Below, one piece after another: positions 44,078 to 53,844 of a DNA stretch of 64,000 nucleotides. Position 1 is the stretch's first letter. The number at the start of each line of letters is the position of its first letter. The stretch spans positions 256,001-320,000 of the forward strand of contig CAVOGR010000005.1 of assembly GCA_963695555.1 (NCBI GenBank), given 5' to 3'. This stretch comes from an uncultured Gemmatimonadales bacterium. Lineage in GTDB: Bacteria > Gemmatimonadota > Gemmatimonadetes > Gemmatimonadales > GWC2-71-9. The position numbers and the translations under genes are program-made. The notes under the pieces were generated by a model. That model saw only the letters and a program-made list of their open reading frames with translations, was not told the DNA's origin and ran no database searches.

Positions 44078-45066
44078 CGGGGCGTCCCATCGCGCGCTTC
44101 ACCGGGCTTGGTGTTGCGGTGCCCGACCGTGTGCTGACCAACACCGATCTCGAGAAGATGCTGGACACGTCGCACGAGTGGATCGTCGAGCGGACCGGAA
44201 TCCGCGAGCGCCACATCGCGAACGAGGACGAATCGGTTGCCATGCTGGCCGAACACGCCTGCCGCGATGCCATGGCCAAGGCGGGGATCGGGCCCAAAGA
44301 CGTCGACGCGATCATTCTCGGGACCGCCACGCCGGACCGGCTGCTGCCGGCCACCGCTTGCGATCTCCAGGCCCTGCTCGGCGCGGACAACGCCGCCGCG
44401 TTTGACGTGTCCGCGGCCTGCCCCGGGTTCCTGTACAGCCTCGGCATTGCGGAAGGTTTCATCGCGTCGGGCCTGGCAAAGACGTGTCTCGTCGTCGGAG
44501 CGGAGAAGCTCTCCACCATCACCGACTACACCGATCGCTCCACGGCCATCCTGTTCGGGGACGCGGCGGGCGCGGCGGTGGTTCAGCCTGCGACCGATAA
44601 CGGCCGCGGTATCCTCTCCATGTTCCTGCGGTCGGACGGAAAGCTCGCGCCGCTCCTGTTCCGGCCCGGTGGCGGCGCCTGCCAGCCCATCAGTACCGCG
44701 GTGGTGGAGGAGCGGTCGCACTACATGAAGATGGCCGGCCGAGAAGTATTCAAGGCCGCAGTCCGGACCATGGCTCAAGCCTGCGACGAGGCCTTGCAAC
44801 TCGCCGGAGTCAGCGCCGACGAAATCGATCTCCTCGTACCCCACCAGGCTAACATCCGGATCATCGAAGCCACGGCGAAGCACGCCGGCATGCCGATGGA
44901 CAGGGTCATGGTGAACGTCGATCGGTACGGCAACACGTCGTCGGCATCGATCCCGCTCGCCATCGACCAGGCGATCGCCGAAGGCAGGATAGGGAAGGGG
45001 TCATTGCTCCTGCTGGTGGCCTTCGGCGCAGGTTTCACCTGGGGGAGCGCGGTCGTCCGGTGGTAG
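44074..45066 (+). CDS. fabH: 3-oxoacyl-ACP synthase III
   Basis: WIVERTGIRER, AACPGF, FGDAAGA, PHQAN, GNTSSAS, GAGFTWG. Confidence 0.97.
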   Translation: MTGRPIARFTGLGVAVPDRVLTNTDLEKMLDTSHEWIVERTGIRERHIANEDESVAMLAEHACRDAMAKAGIGPKDVDAIILGTATPDRLLPATACDLQALLGADNAAAFDVSAACPGFLYSLGIAEGFIASGLAKTCLVVGAEKLSTITDYTDRSTAILFGDAAGAAVVQPATDNGRGILSMFLRSDGKLAPLLFRPGGGACQPISTAVVEERSHYMKMAGREVFKAAVRTMAQACDEALQLAGVSADEIDLLVPHQANIRIIEATAKHAGMPMDRVMVNVDRYGNTSSASIPLAIDQAIAEGRIGKGSLLLLVAFGAGFTWGSAVVRW

Positions 45067-45983
45067 CCGTGGTGCTGTGCCCCGGACAGGGGGCGCAACG
45101 GGTCGGGATGGGGAAGGACCTGGCCGAGCGCTTTCCCGAGGCCAGGGACACCTTCGCCGCCATCGACGACGCCCTGGGCGTTCCGCTAAGCCGCATCATG
45201 TGGGAGGGCCCCGAAGACGAGCTGACCCTTACCCATAACGCCCAACCAGCTATCCTGGCGCACACCGCCGCGGTGTACGCCGTAGTTCGGGACCGCCTGG
45301 CCGATCTCCGCGCCGCGCTGGGCCACAGCCTGGGCGAATACAGCGCCTATGTCGTGGCCGCGTCCCTCACGCCGGCGGAGGCCGCCGTGCTCGTCCGGCG
45401 CCGCGGGGAGCTGATGTACCAGGCCGGACTCGAACGACCGGGGGCCATGGCCGCGGTGATGGGGCTCGATGTGTCGCAGGTGGAGGCGGCCTGCGTGGAG
45501 GCCGCGGGCGACGGCATCGCCGTCCCGGCCAACTTGAACGCACCCGACCAAGTCGTGATCTCGGGCGATCCCGCCGCGGTGGCGCGCGCCGGCGAGCAGT
45601 GCAAGACGGCGGGTGCCAAGCGGGTCATTCCGCTCAAGGTGAGCGGTGCGTTTCACTCCCCGCTCATGGCCCCGGCGGTGCCCGGGCTGGAGCAGGCGCT
45701 GGCTGCCGTCACCTTCGGCGACCCGAAGATTCCGGTCGTGGCCAACGCGACGGCGCGCCCGGTTCGCACCGGGGACGAGGCCCGGCGCCAACTCGCCGCC
45801 CAGCTCACGGCCCCGGTCCGCTGGGTGGAGGGCATGCAGCAGGCGGCGGCCCTTGCCGGCGGCGGGAGTTTCCTCGAGCTTGGCCCGGGTCGGGTATTGA
45901 GCGGCCTCCTCAAACGCATTGCACCCGACGCCACGGTCCACGCCCTGGGCACCGCCACCGAGGTCGAGGAGTTTCTGGCATGA
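45060..45983 (+). CDS. fabD: Malonyl-CoA:ACP transacylase
   Basis: PGQGAQ, GHSLGEYSA, VSGAFHS. Confidence 0.97.
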   Translation: MVAVVLCPGQGAQRVGMGKDLAERFPEARDTFAAIDDALGVPLSRIMWEGPEDELTLTHNAQPAILAHTAAVYAVVRDRLADLRAALGHSLGEYSAYVVAASLTPAEAAVLVRRRGELMYQAGLERPGAMAAVMGLDVSQVEAACVEAAGDGIAVPANLNAPDQVVISGDPAAVARAGEQCKTAGAKRVIPLKVSGAFHSPLMAPAVPGLEQALAAVTFGDPKIPVVANATARPVRTGDEARRQLAAQLTAPVRWVEGMQQAAALAGGGSFLELGPGRVLSGLLKRIAPDATVHALGTATEVEEFLA

Positions 45984-46720
45984 CGACCATCGATCTGACC
46001 GGGAAGGTCTCGTTTGTCACCGGCAGCACCCGAGGAATAGGGCACGCAATTGCGCAGGCCTTCCACCAGGCCGGGGCCAAGGTCGCCATCGTCGGACGAG
46101 ATCGTGACCGCGCCCAGGAGGTGGCTACTGCGCTCGGAGCGGGCACATGCGGCGTCGCGTGCGATGTGGCGGACGGGGATCAAGTGGAGGCCGCCCTCGC
46201 TGAGGCGGAACAGGCTCTCGGACCCATCGATATCCTAGTCAACAACGCGGGTCTCACCCGCGACAACATCATCCTGCGCCTGAGCGAGAACGATTGGAAC
46301 GCGGTCCTGGACGCCAACCTCAAGGGAGCGTTCCACACGATCCGAACGGTGGCGCGGGGAATGATGAAGCGCCGCTGGGGACGGATCATCAACATCACCA
46401 GCGTCGTGGGCTTAACGGGCAACCGCGGGCAGGCAAACTATGCGGCCAGCAAAGCCGGCCTGATCGGCCTCAGTAAGTCGGTGGCAAAGGAGTACGCCAG
46501 CCGCAATATCCTGGTCAATTGCATCGCGCCGGGGTTCATTGAGACCGACATGACCCATGCCTTGCCCGCAGAGGCAAGGGAGGCCTTATTAGGGTCTATC
46601 GCGCTGGGGCGGTTGGGGCGGCCGGAGGATGTTGCGGCGGCCGCGCTGTTTCTGGCGTCGGATTTGGCGGAGTATATCACCGGGCAGGTACTGGTGGTCG
46701 ATGGCGGGATGGTTATGTAA
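45980..46720 (+). CDS. fabG: 3-oxoacyl-ACP reductase
   Basis: [32 protein letters not shown]. Confidence 0.97.
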   Translation: MTTIDLTGKVSFVTGSTRGIGHAIAQAFHQAGAKVAIVGRDRDRAQEVATALGAGTCGVACDVADGDQVEAALAEAEQALGPIDILVNNAGLTRDNIILRLSENDWNAVLDANLKGAFHTIRTVARGMMKRRWGRIINITSVVGLTGNRGQANYAASKAGLIGLSKSVAKEYASRNILVNCIAPGFIETDMTHALPAEAREALLGSIALGRLGRPEDVAAAALFLASDLAEYITGQVLVVDGGMVM

Positions 46721-46748
46721 GTCCTCTTCTTCATCGAGGTGCTGCGTT

Positions 46749-46985
46749 ATGGACATGGTCGAAAAGGTCAAGGACATCATAGTCGAAGAATTGGGCGTCG
46801 AGCGCGAGAAGCTCACCGACGAGGCGAGTTTCATGGAAGATCTCGGAGCTGACAGTCTCGATACGGTTGAGCTGGTCATGGCGTTCGAGAAGGAGTTCGA
46901 CATCGACATCCCCGACGAGGAGGCTGAAAAGCTCCGCACGGTAGGGGACGCGCTCAAGTATCTCAAGGAAAAGGCCGGGTCGTAG
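46749..46985 (+). CDS. acpP: Acyl carrier protein
   Basis: [14 protein letters not shown]. Confidence 0.98.
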   Translation: MDMVEKVKDIIVEELGVEREKLTDEASFMEDLGADSLDTVELVMAFEKEFDIDIPDEEAEKLRTVGDALKYLKEKAGS

Positions 46986-46986
46986 G

Positions 46987-48228
46987 TTGACGCGCCGTGT
47001 CGTAGTCACCGGCCTTGGCCTGGTGACGCCGGTTGGGAATGATGTCGACACGACCTGGGCGAACCTCCTTGCCGGCCGCTCCGGCGCGGCTCACATCACG
47101 AAGTTCGATCCCGAGCGCCTGCAGGTGCGGTTCGCCTGCGAGGTGAAGGGATTCGACCCCCTACAGTACATCGATCGGAAAGAAGTTCGGCGGTACGACC
47201 TGTTCGCGCAGTTTGCGTTGGCGGCGGCCCACCAGGCCGTCGTCCAAGCTGGGCTCGACGCGACTGTCCCGGAGCCAAATCGGACTGGTGTCATCATCGG
47301 GAGCGGGATCGGAGGCATGCAAACCTTCGAAACCCAATGCTCGCTCTACTTGACGAAGGGCCCCGACCGCGTGTCGCCGTTTTTCGTCCCGATGTTCATC
47401 CCTGATATCGCGGCCGGGTTGGTGTCGATCCGGTATGGCTTCAAGGGACCGAATTTCGCAACCGTGTCGGCGTGCGCGTCGTCGGCACACGCCATCGGCG
47501 AGTCGTACGCCCTCATCAGGGAAGGCGCCGCGGACGCGATGGTCACCGGCGGCGCCGAGGCGGCCATCACCGGCCTTACCGTCGCCGGGTTTCAGAACAT
47601 GAAGGCCCTCTCCACCCGCAACGACGAACCGGAGAAGGCGAGCCGGCCCTTCGACCAGGGTCGCGACGGGTTCGTCCTCGGCGACGGGGCCGGCATGGTG
47701 GTGCTCGAGAGTCTGGAGCACGCCGAAGCCCGCGGCGCCACGATCCTGGGCGAGGTGCGTGGCTACGGATTGAGCGGCGATGCGCACCACATCACCTCGC
47801 CGTCACCCGACGGGGAGGGCGCCCAGCGTGCCATTCGCGCCTGCCTCGACGACCAAGGGCTCGATCTCGAGCGGGTCGACTACATCAACGGCCACGGGAC
47901 CTCCACCCAGCTCGGAGACATTGCCGAAACCATCGCCGTCAAGCGGACCTTCGGCGACCACGCCACACGCCTGGTCTTCGGCTCCACCAAGTCGATGACA
48001 GGGCACCTGCTCGGCGCAGCGGGCGCCGCTGAATTCGCCGCATCGCTCCTTGCTGCGACTCACGGTGTCATTCCACCAACGATCAATCAGGACGTCGCCG
48101 ACCCCGAGTGTAATCTCGACTGTGCTCCGAACACCAAGGTCACCCGCACCGTGGATATCGCCCTGTCGAATTCCTTCGGTTTCGGCGGACACAATGTGAC
48201 GCTCGCGGTAAGCCGGTTTCAGGCGTAA
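46987..48228 (+). CDS. fabF: 3-oxoacyl-ACP synthase II
   Basis: RVVVTGLG, SACASSAH, HGTST, KSMTGHLLGAAG, NSFGFGGHN. TTG start. Confidence 0.97.
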   Translation: MTRRVVVTGLGLVTPVGNDVDTTWANLLAGRSGAAHITKFDPERLQVRFACEVKGFDPLQYIDRKEVRRYDLFAQFALAAAHQAVVQAGLDATVPEPNRTGVIIGSGIGGMQTFETQCSLYLTKGPDRVSPFFVPMFIPDIAAGLVSIRYGFKGPNFATVSACASSAHAIGESYALIREGAADAMVTGGAEAAITGLTVAGFQNMKALSTRNDEPEKASRPFDQGRDGFVLGDGAGMVVLESLEHAEARGATILGEVRGYGLSGDAHHITSPSPDGEGAQRAIRACLDDQGLDLERVDYINGHGTSTQLGDIAETIAVKRTFGDHATRLVFGSTKSMTGHLLGAAGAAEFAASLLAATHGVIPPTINQDVADPECNLDCAPNTKVTRTVDIALSNSFGFGGHNVTLAVSRFQA

Positions 48229-48325
48229 GTCGGGCGACTCCAGACCCACGACGTACGACTTGTGACTTCCCACGCGATTTCGCTACATTCCAGGCACCTT
48301 AATCCCGATACACCAAGGAGATAGG

Positions 48326-49522
48326 ATGTCTGTCGTTGCCGCTCCCGATCTCGCCCGTCTCGAAGATCCGGCCCTCCGGCCGGTGGGCGAGAAAGTGCTC
48401 GAGGGGGCGCGTCTGGACGCGGCAGACGGCCGAATCCTCTACGCGACGAACGATCTCCTGGGGCTTGGCCTGCTCGCCGATTATGCCAACCAGGAGCGGA
48501 ACGGCGACCGGGTCTTCTTTTCCGCCAATCAGCACCTGAATCCGACCAACGTGTGCATTCTGCGGAAGACGTGCACCTTCTGCTCGTTTGCGCGGATGCC
48601 CAAAGAGGACGGGGCCTACACCCGGACGCTGGAGGAGGTGTTTGCCGAGGCAGCGGTGGCCAAGGACATGCCTACGCGCGAGTTCCACATCGTCGGCGGA
48701 CTCCACCCCAAGCTCAGGTTGAGTTACTACACCGACATGATTCGCGGTCTCAAGGAGCGCCATCCGGATGTGCACATCAAGGCGCTGACCGCAGTCGAGA
48801 TCGCGCACTTGGCGCGAATCGAGAAGTGCACGATCGCGGACGTTCTCTGTGCCCTGAAGGACGCCGGTCTCACCAGCCTGCCGGGCGGTGGCGCCGAGGT
48901 GTTCAGCACGGCGGTCCGCGCCACGATCGCGGAGCGGAAGCTCACCGGGCAGGAGTGGCTCGAGGTGCACCGCGTGGCCCACTCGCTCGGGATTCCCACC
49001 AATTGCACCATGCTGTACGGTCACGTCGAGACGGCTGATGACCGAATCGCGCATCTCACCATGCTTCGCACGCTCCAGGACGAGACCGCTGGGTTCCTGA
49101 CTTACATCCCGTTGGCATACCATCCCGATCACAACCCGTTGGGCGAAGATCTCGATCGGGTTGGCACAGCCACGACCGGCTATGAGGATCTCAAGAACAT
49201 CGCCGTGGGCCGGTTGTTCCTCGACAACGTCCCGCATGTCAAGACCCACTGGCCGATGGTGACCCCGTTCCTCTCGCAGATCGCGCTGGCGTTCGGGTGT
49301 GACGACGTCGAGGGCACAGTGGTGTTCGAGCGCGTGTACCATGAAGCCGGTGCCTCAACGGAGATGCAGCTGCCCTATCATGCCCTGGTCGACCTCATTC
49401 GCCATGCCGGCAAGCGCCCGGTGGAACGGAACAGTCTGTACCAGGCGGTGCGCGAGGAATTCGACGACCTGATTCCCCCACCGGCCGGGCCGCGCGGCCT
49501 GCCTGTGGTCCACGCCGCATGA
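48326..49522 (+). CDS. mqnE: Aminofutalosine synthase (radical SAM, CofH/MqnE family)
   Basis: TNVC....C.FC, HIVGGLHP, HIKALTAVEI, PGGGAEVF, TMLYGHVE. Adjacent to mqnA and mqnC. Confidence 0.9.
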   Translation: MSVVAAPDLARLEDPALRPVGEKVLEGARLDAADGRILYATNDLLGLGLLADYANQERNGDRVFFSANQHLNPTNVCILRKTCTFCSFARMPKEDGAYTRTLEEVFAEAAVAKDMPTREFHIVGGLHPKLRLSYYTDMIRGLKERHPDVHIKALTAVEIAHLARIEKCTIADVLCALKDAGLTSLPGGGAEVFSTAVRATIAERKLTGQEWLEVHRVAHSLGIPTNCTMLYGHVETADDRIAHLTMLRTLQDETAGFLTYIPLAYHPDHNPLGEDLDRVGTATTGYEDLKNIAVGRLFLDNVPHVKTHWPMVTPFLSQIALAFGCDDVEGTVVFERVYHEAGASTEMQLPYHALVDLIRHAGKRPVERNSLYQAVREEFDDLIPPPAGPRGLPVVHAA

Positions 49523-50340
49523 GACTCGGCCGGATTCCCTGGATCAACTGCTACCCGGTGTACGCCGCGGTCGATCGGGGCAACGTGGCCATGCCGGCCG
49601 AGGTGGTGACGGGAACCGCGTCCGAGCTGAACGATCTCCTGGCGGCGGGTGAACTCGATGTGAGCGTCATCTCCGCGGTGGAATACGCCCGGCATGCTTC
49701 GCGCTATCACTTGTTATCTGACTTGGCCATCAGCTGCGACGGGCCGGTTCACAGTGTCGCCCTCTTTGCCAAGCGGCCGCCGACGGACCTCGACCATGCG
49801 ACGGTGCTGGTGAGTGCGTCGTCCCGAACCTCGGTGCTCTTGCTCGAGTTGTTGTGTCGGCATCGATGGAAGGTGGCACCCAAGTTTGCTACCGTGCGAG
49901 CGGAGGCCGCCGATCTCGATGCGTTGGCCGATCTGCCGCACCAGGCGGTCCTCGTGATTGGAGATGCGGCCCTCATGCTCCAGGCGCGCGACAGGTATCC
50001 CGTACGCATCGATCTAGGGCAAGCGTGGCACGACTGGACTGGCCTCCCCTTCGTATTCGCGGTGTGGGCGGCGCGACGCACCAGCGACCAGGCCCGGGCT
50101 CGCGAGGTTCATACGCGGCTCCTCGAGAGCCGCGGCTGGGGCCTGCTGCATCTGGATGAGTTGGCGGGGCAGGCAGCCACATCAACCGGGCTGAGCCGCG
50201 ACGTGTGCCGGGCGTACCTGGGCGACCTGGACTACGCGCTTGGGTACCGGCACCTGGCCGGCCTCACCGACTTCTTCCGGCGGTTGGCCCAGGATGGCCT
50301 CGTGCCGGATGGCTCGCTCTCGTTCATCACGGCCGCGTAA
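49519..50340 (+). CDS. mqnA: Chorismate dehydratase (futalosine pathway)
   Basis: LGRIPWINCYP, CDGPVHSV, SRTS, LVIGDAAL, DLGQAW..TGLPFVFAVW. Confidence 0.92.
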   Translation: MRLGRIPWINCYPVYAAVDRGNVAMPAEVVTGTASELNDLLAAGELDVSVISAVEYARHASRYHLLSDLAISCDGPVHSVALFAKRPPTDLDHATVLVSASSRTSVLLLELLCRHRWKVAPKFATVRAEAADLDALADLPHQAVLVIGDAALMLQARDRYPVRIDLGQAWHDWTGLPFVFAVWAARRTSDQARAREVHTRLLESRGWGLLHLDELAGQAATSTGLSRDVCRAYLGDLDYALGYRHLAGLTDFFRRLAQDGLVPDGSLSFITAA

Positions 50341-50342
50341 CC

Positions 50343-51401
50343 ATGTCCTACGTCGATCGGACCTCCGGCGAATTCACCGACGCGCTCGAGCTGTACCAGC
50401 GCGCCGGCCTTCTCGAGCTCGGCCTCCTGGCCGATCGTGAGCGGTGGCGGCTCCATCCGGAGAAGGTGGTTACCTACATCATCGATCGGAACATCAACTA
50501 CACCAATGTGTGCGTGGCGGACTGCAAATTCTGCGCATTCTATCGGCGTCCCAAGAACCTCGAGGGCTACGTCTTGAGCTTCGAGGCCATCGGGGAGAAG
50601 ATCGAGGAATGCAAGGCCCTGGGCGGCGTGCAGATCCTGCTGCAAGGCGGCCACAATCCCTATATCCCCTTCGAGTGGTACCTCGACCTGCTGCGCTATA
50701 TCAAGGCCAACCACCCCATCCACGTGCACGGGTTCTCCCCGTCGGAGGTGGTGTTCTTCAGCGAACGATTTGGACTCCGTGTGGCCGATGTGGTGCGGGA
50801 GTTGAAGGAAGCCGGACTCGACAGCATTCCGGGGGGCGGCGGCGAAATCCTAGTCGATGAGGTACGGCAACGGGTGGCCAAGAAGAAGGCGCAGACCGAT
50901 GCGTGGTTGGGCGTGCAGGAAGAAGCGCACCGCCAGGGGATGAAGACGTCGGTCACCATGATGTTCGGGCTAGGCGAAAGCGACGCCGATCGGATTGAGC
51001 ATCTCTTTCGTATTCGGGACCTGCAGCGCCGGACCGGCGGCTTTACAGCCTTTATTTGCTGGCCGCTCCAGCCCGAGGGGACCGAGATGGCGGATAGGCC
51101 CAAGACCGACGCCGTCACCTATCTCCGCACCCTCGCGCTGGGCCGCATCGTGTGCGACAACATCCCCAACATCCAGTCTTCGTGGGTCACGATGGGTCTC
51201 AAGGTGGGCCAGGTCGCGCTGCGGTTCGGCGCCAACGACTTCGGCAGCCTCATGATGGAAGAGAACGTGGTGAGCGCCGCTGGAACCACCTACCGTGCCA
51301 CGATCGAGGAAATGGAGCGGTCGATTACCGACGCGGGGTTCGTCCCCGTGCGACGGCGCCAGGACTATACGGTCATTCCGGCTGAGACGGTGTGCGTGTA
51401 G
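50343..51401 (+). CDS. mqnC: Cyclic dehypoxanthine futalosine synthase
   Basis: DRNINYTNVCVADCKFCAFYR, LLQGGH, PGGGGEILVD, QSSWVT, GANDFGS.MMEENVV. Confidence 0.93.
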   Translation: MSYVDRTSGEFTDALELYQRAGLLELGLLADRERWRLHPEKVVTYIIDRNINYTNVCVADCKFCAFYRRPKNLEGYVLSFEAIGEKIEECKALGGVQILLQGGHNPYIPFEWYLDLLRYIKANHPIHVHGFSPSEVVFFSERFGLRVADVVRELKEAGLDSIPGGGGEILVDEVRQRVAKKKAQTDAWLGVQEEAHRQGMKTSVTMMFGLGESDADRIEHLFRIRDLQRRTGGFTAFICWPLQPEGTEMADRPKTDAVTYLRTLALGRIVCDNIPNIQSSWVTMGLKVGQVALRFGANDFGSLMMEENVVSAAGTTYRATIEEMERSITDAGFVPVRRRQDYTVIPAETVCV

Positions 51402-51865
51402 GTATCGGGTACGACTCGCACCGTTTGGTGAGCGGGCGGCCGCTCATCCTTGGCGGGCACCACATCCCGAGCGACCGGGGACTCGAAGGGCATTCCGACG
51501 CCGACGCGGCCGCCCATGCACTGACCGACGCCATCCTCGGCGCCGCCGGCATCGGCAACATCGGCGAACTGTTTCCCGACACCGACCCCACCTGGAAGAA
51601 TGCCGATTCGCTCGCTATGCTCCGCACGGCGCACGAACGGGTGCAGGAGCGAGGCTACCGCGCGGTCCAGGCGGATCTCACCATCATTCTGGAATCGCCG
51701 AAACTCGGACCAGCAATTCCCGCAATCCGGCGCGGCCTGGCTGAGGCGCTCGACCTGCCGGCCGACGCGGTCTCAGTCAAGCCGAAAACCAATGAAGGGA
51801 TGGGCTTCGTCGGACGCGGGGAGGGCATTGCCGTGTTCGCCGTGGCCAGCCTGGAGGACCGCTGA
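51392..51865 (+). CDS. ispF: 2-C-methyl-D-erythritol 2,4-cyclodiphosphate synthase
   Basis: RVGIGYDSH, GHSDAD, DAILGA, KTNEGMGF.GRGEG. Confidence 0.96.
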   Translation: MRVGIGYDSHRLVSGRPLILGGHHIPSDRGLEGHSDADAAAHALTDAILGAAGIGNIGELFPDTDPTWKNADSLAMLRTAHERVQERGYRAVQADLTIILESPKLGPAIPAIRRGLAEALDLPADAVSVKPKTNEGMGFVGRGEGIAVFAVASLEDR

Positions 51866-52911
51866 TCGAGGGCTTGTTGGGCTGGCTGCTCGGGCTCCCC
51901 GCCCCGGCGGTGTACCTGGTGATCGGCGTCCTGGCGACGATTGAAAACATCATCCCGCCGGTTCCCGCAGACACCGCGGTGGCCCTGGGCGCCTTTCTGT
52001 CCCAGCGGGGCCTCACGACACCGTGGAACGTCTTTCTGGTAACCTGGGTCGCCAACAACGTTGGGGCCATTGCGGTCTACGTCGCGACACGGACCTACGG
52101 CCGGTCCATTCTGAGCGGACCCGTTGGACGGCGACTCCTGTCACCCTTGGCCGTTGCCGCCATCGAACGGGAGTACATCCGGTTTGGTGTGGCGGGCATC
52201 TTCATCACCCGCTTTCTCCCTGGCATCCGTGCGGTGGTCCCGGCCTTCGCCGGCCTGGTGAAGCTGAGCGCCCCGCGCGCGCTCATTCCCATAGCCGTCG
52301 CGTCGGGCATCTGGTACGGCGCCCTCACCGCCGCTGGCGCGTTTCTCGGAGCGCGGTGGGACACCGTCGTCGGGATGATCTCGGAGATCAACACCGTGCT
52401 CGGCATCGTGGGGCTCGTGGCCCTGGTGGCAATCGTGTGGTGGATCGTGCGACGCGTGCGCGAGCGGCGCCGGAGGGTCTGGGAGCGCCTCGAGCGCGCC
52501 TTCCAGGAATCGGGCACCGACCCCATGGCCACCGCCGACCCCGCGCTCCGCGCCGCGGCCGCCCTGGTTCTGGATCTCGCGTCCGCCGATAGCGAGTTGA
52601 GCGAAGAGGACCGCCACCTGGTGGAGACTCACCTGACCGAACGCTGGGATCTATCGTGGCCGGGAATCGAACGGGCAACCCAGGAGGAATTGTCCCGGGG
52701 CGCCGAGCGGATCCAGCAGACCTACACGCTGGAGCAGCGACTCGCCGTGCTCGAGCGGATGCATCGCGCCGCCATTCGTGACACTGGACTGAGCCGACAT
52801 GAGACCTGGATGATCTCACGTGCGGCCGCGCTGCTCGGGGTAACGGACGAGGAGTTCAAGGCGTTGGAGCGGACGTGGCGGGCCATGGAGTCGAGGGAGC
52901 ACGCAACATGA
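51862..52911 (+). CDS. DedA family membrane protein with a C-terminal TerB-like domain
   Basis: ENIIPPVPAD, RFLPGIR, VPAFAG (DedA). Tail LASADSELSEEDR ... AAIRDTGLSRHE...I...A.LLGV is TerB-like. Start is CTG 51862 (proposed) or TTG 51874. Confidence 0.8.
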   Translation: MIEGLLGWLLGLPAPAVYLVIGVLATIENIIPPVPADTAVALGAFLSQRGLTTPWNVFLVTWVANNVGAIAVYVATRTYGRSILSGPVGRRLLSPLAVAAIEREYIRFGVAGIFITRFLPGIRAVVPAFAGLVKLSAPRALIPIAVASGIWYGALTAAGAFLGARWDTVVGMISEINTVLGIVGLVALVAIVWWIVRRVRERRRRVWERLERAFQESGTDPMATADPALRAAAALVLDLASADSELSEEDRHLVETHLTERWDLSWPGIERATQEELSRGAERIQQTYTLEQRLAVLERMHRAAIRDTGLSRHETWMISRAAALLGVTDEEFKALERTWRAMESREHAT

Positions 52912-53834
52912 CCCGGGCCATTGACCACGTGCGGGAAGAGATCGAGCGCGACTTCTGGATTACTGGGTTTCGCGACTATCTGGCGCTCGAGGCCGGCAGC
53001 AGCGAGAACACCGTGTCCAACTACGCGCGCGACGTTCGGCGGCTTGGCGAGTTTGCCCGGGCACGGGGCGCCCGGAGCCCGGCCAAGGTCACGAGGCGGA
53101 TGCTCCGAGACTTCGTGTTCTCGCTCAAGGATCTGGGGCTCAGCCCCGCTACCATCCGGCGCCACGTGTCGTCGATCCGGACGTACTTCGCCTTTCTCGC
53201 TGGGGAGGGCAAGATCACCACCGATCCGAGCGACCGACTGGAGAGTCCGCGCCGGGGAAGGACGCTGCCGGATACGCTCTCGGTCAAGGAGGTGGAGGCG
53301 CTGCTCGGGTCGCCCCACCCGGACGAGCCGATGGCGTGGCGCGACCGGACGCTGCTCGAGCTGGCCTACGGGGCGGGGCTCCGGGTCTCCGAGCTCTGCG
53401 GACTCGAGAAAGATCAGGTGTTGGCGAGCGAAGGGCTGGTGCGGGTATTCGGGAAGGGAGGGAAGGAGCGCCTGATCCCAATCGGGCGGAAAGTCATCGG
53501 CGCGCTCTCGGTCTACCTCCACACGCTGCGACCTGAGTTGGACCGAGGACGGACCCAGAACCGCCTGCTCCTGAATGCCCGAGGGAGCCCGCTTTCACGG
53601 GTGGGCGCGTGGGGCATCGTCAAACGCCACGCCGAGCGTGCCGGGATTAGTAAGCGCGTCACGCCCCACACCTTGCGTCACTCCTTTGCCACCCACCTCC
53701 TCGAGGGCGGCGCCGATCTGCGGGCGGTTCAAGAAATGCTCGGGCACGCCGATCTCTCCACGACGCAGATCTACACCCACGTCGATCGCGAATACCTGCG
53801 TTCAGTACACAAGCAGTTCCATCCTCGCGCCTAA
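52908..53834 (+). CDS. xerD: Site-specific tyrosine recombinase XerD
   Basis: SENTVSNYARD, YGAGLRVSEL, GKGGKER, TPHTLRHSFATHLLEGGADLRAVQEMLGH, TTQIYTHV, FHPRA. Confidence 0.95.
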   Translation: MTRAIDHVREEIERDFWITGFRDYLALEAGSSENTVSNYARDVRRLGEFARARGARSPAKVTRRMLRDFVFSLKDLGLSPATIRRHVSSIRTYFAFLAGEGKITTDPSDRLESPRRGRTLPDTLSVKEVEALLGSPHPDEPMAWRDRTLLELAYGAGLRVSELCGLEKDQVLASEGLVRVFGKGGKERLIPIGRKVIGALSVYLHTLRPELDRGRTQNRLLLNARGSPLSRVGAWGIVKRHAERAGISKRVTPHTLRHSFATHLLEGGADLRAVQEMLGHADLSTTQIYTHVDREYLRSVHKQFHPRA

Positions 53835-53844
53835 GCCCACTAGG

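Noticed and set aside
48260..48289. TTGTGA upstream of mqnE as a second Rex site
   Set aside because: Only a half site with no TCACAA arm; it fits better as a weak -35 (TTGTGA-N18-TACATT).
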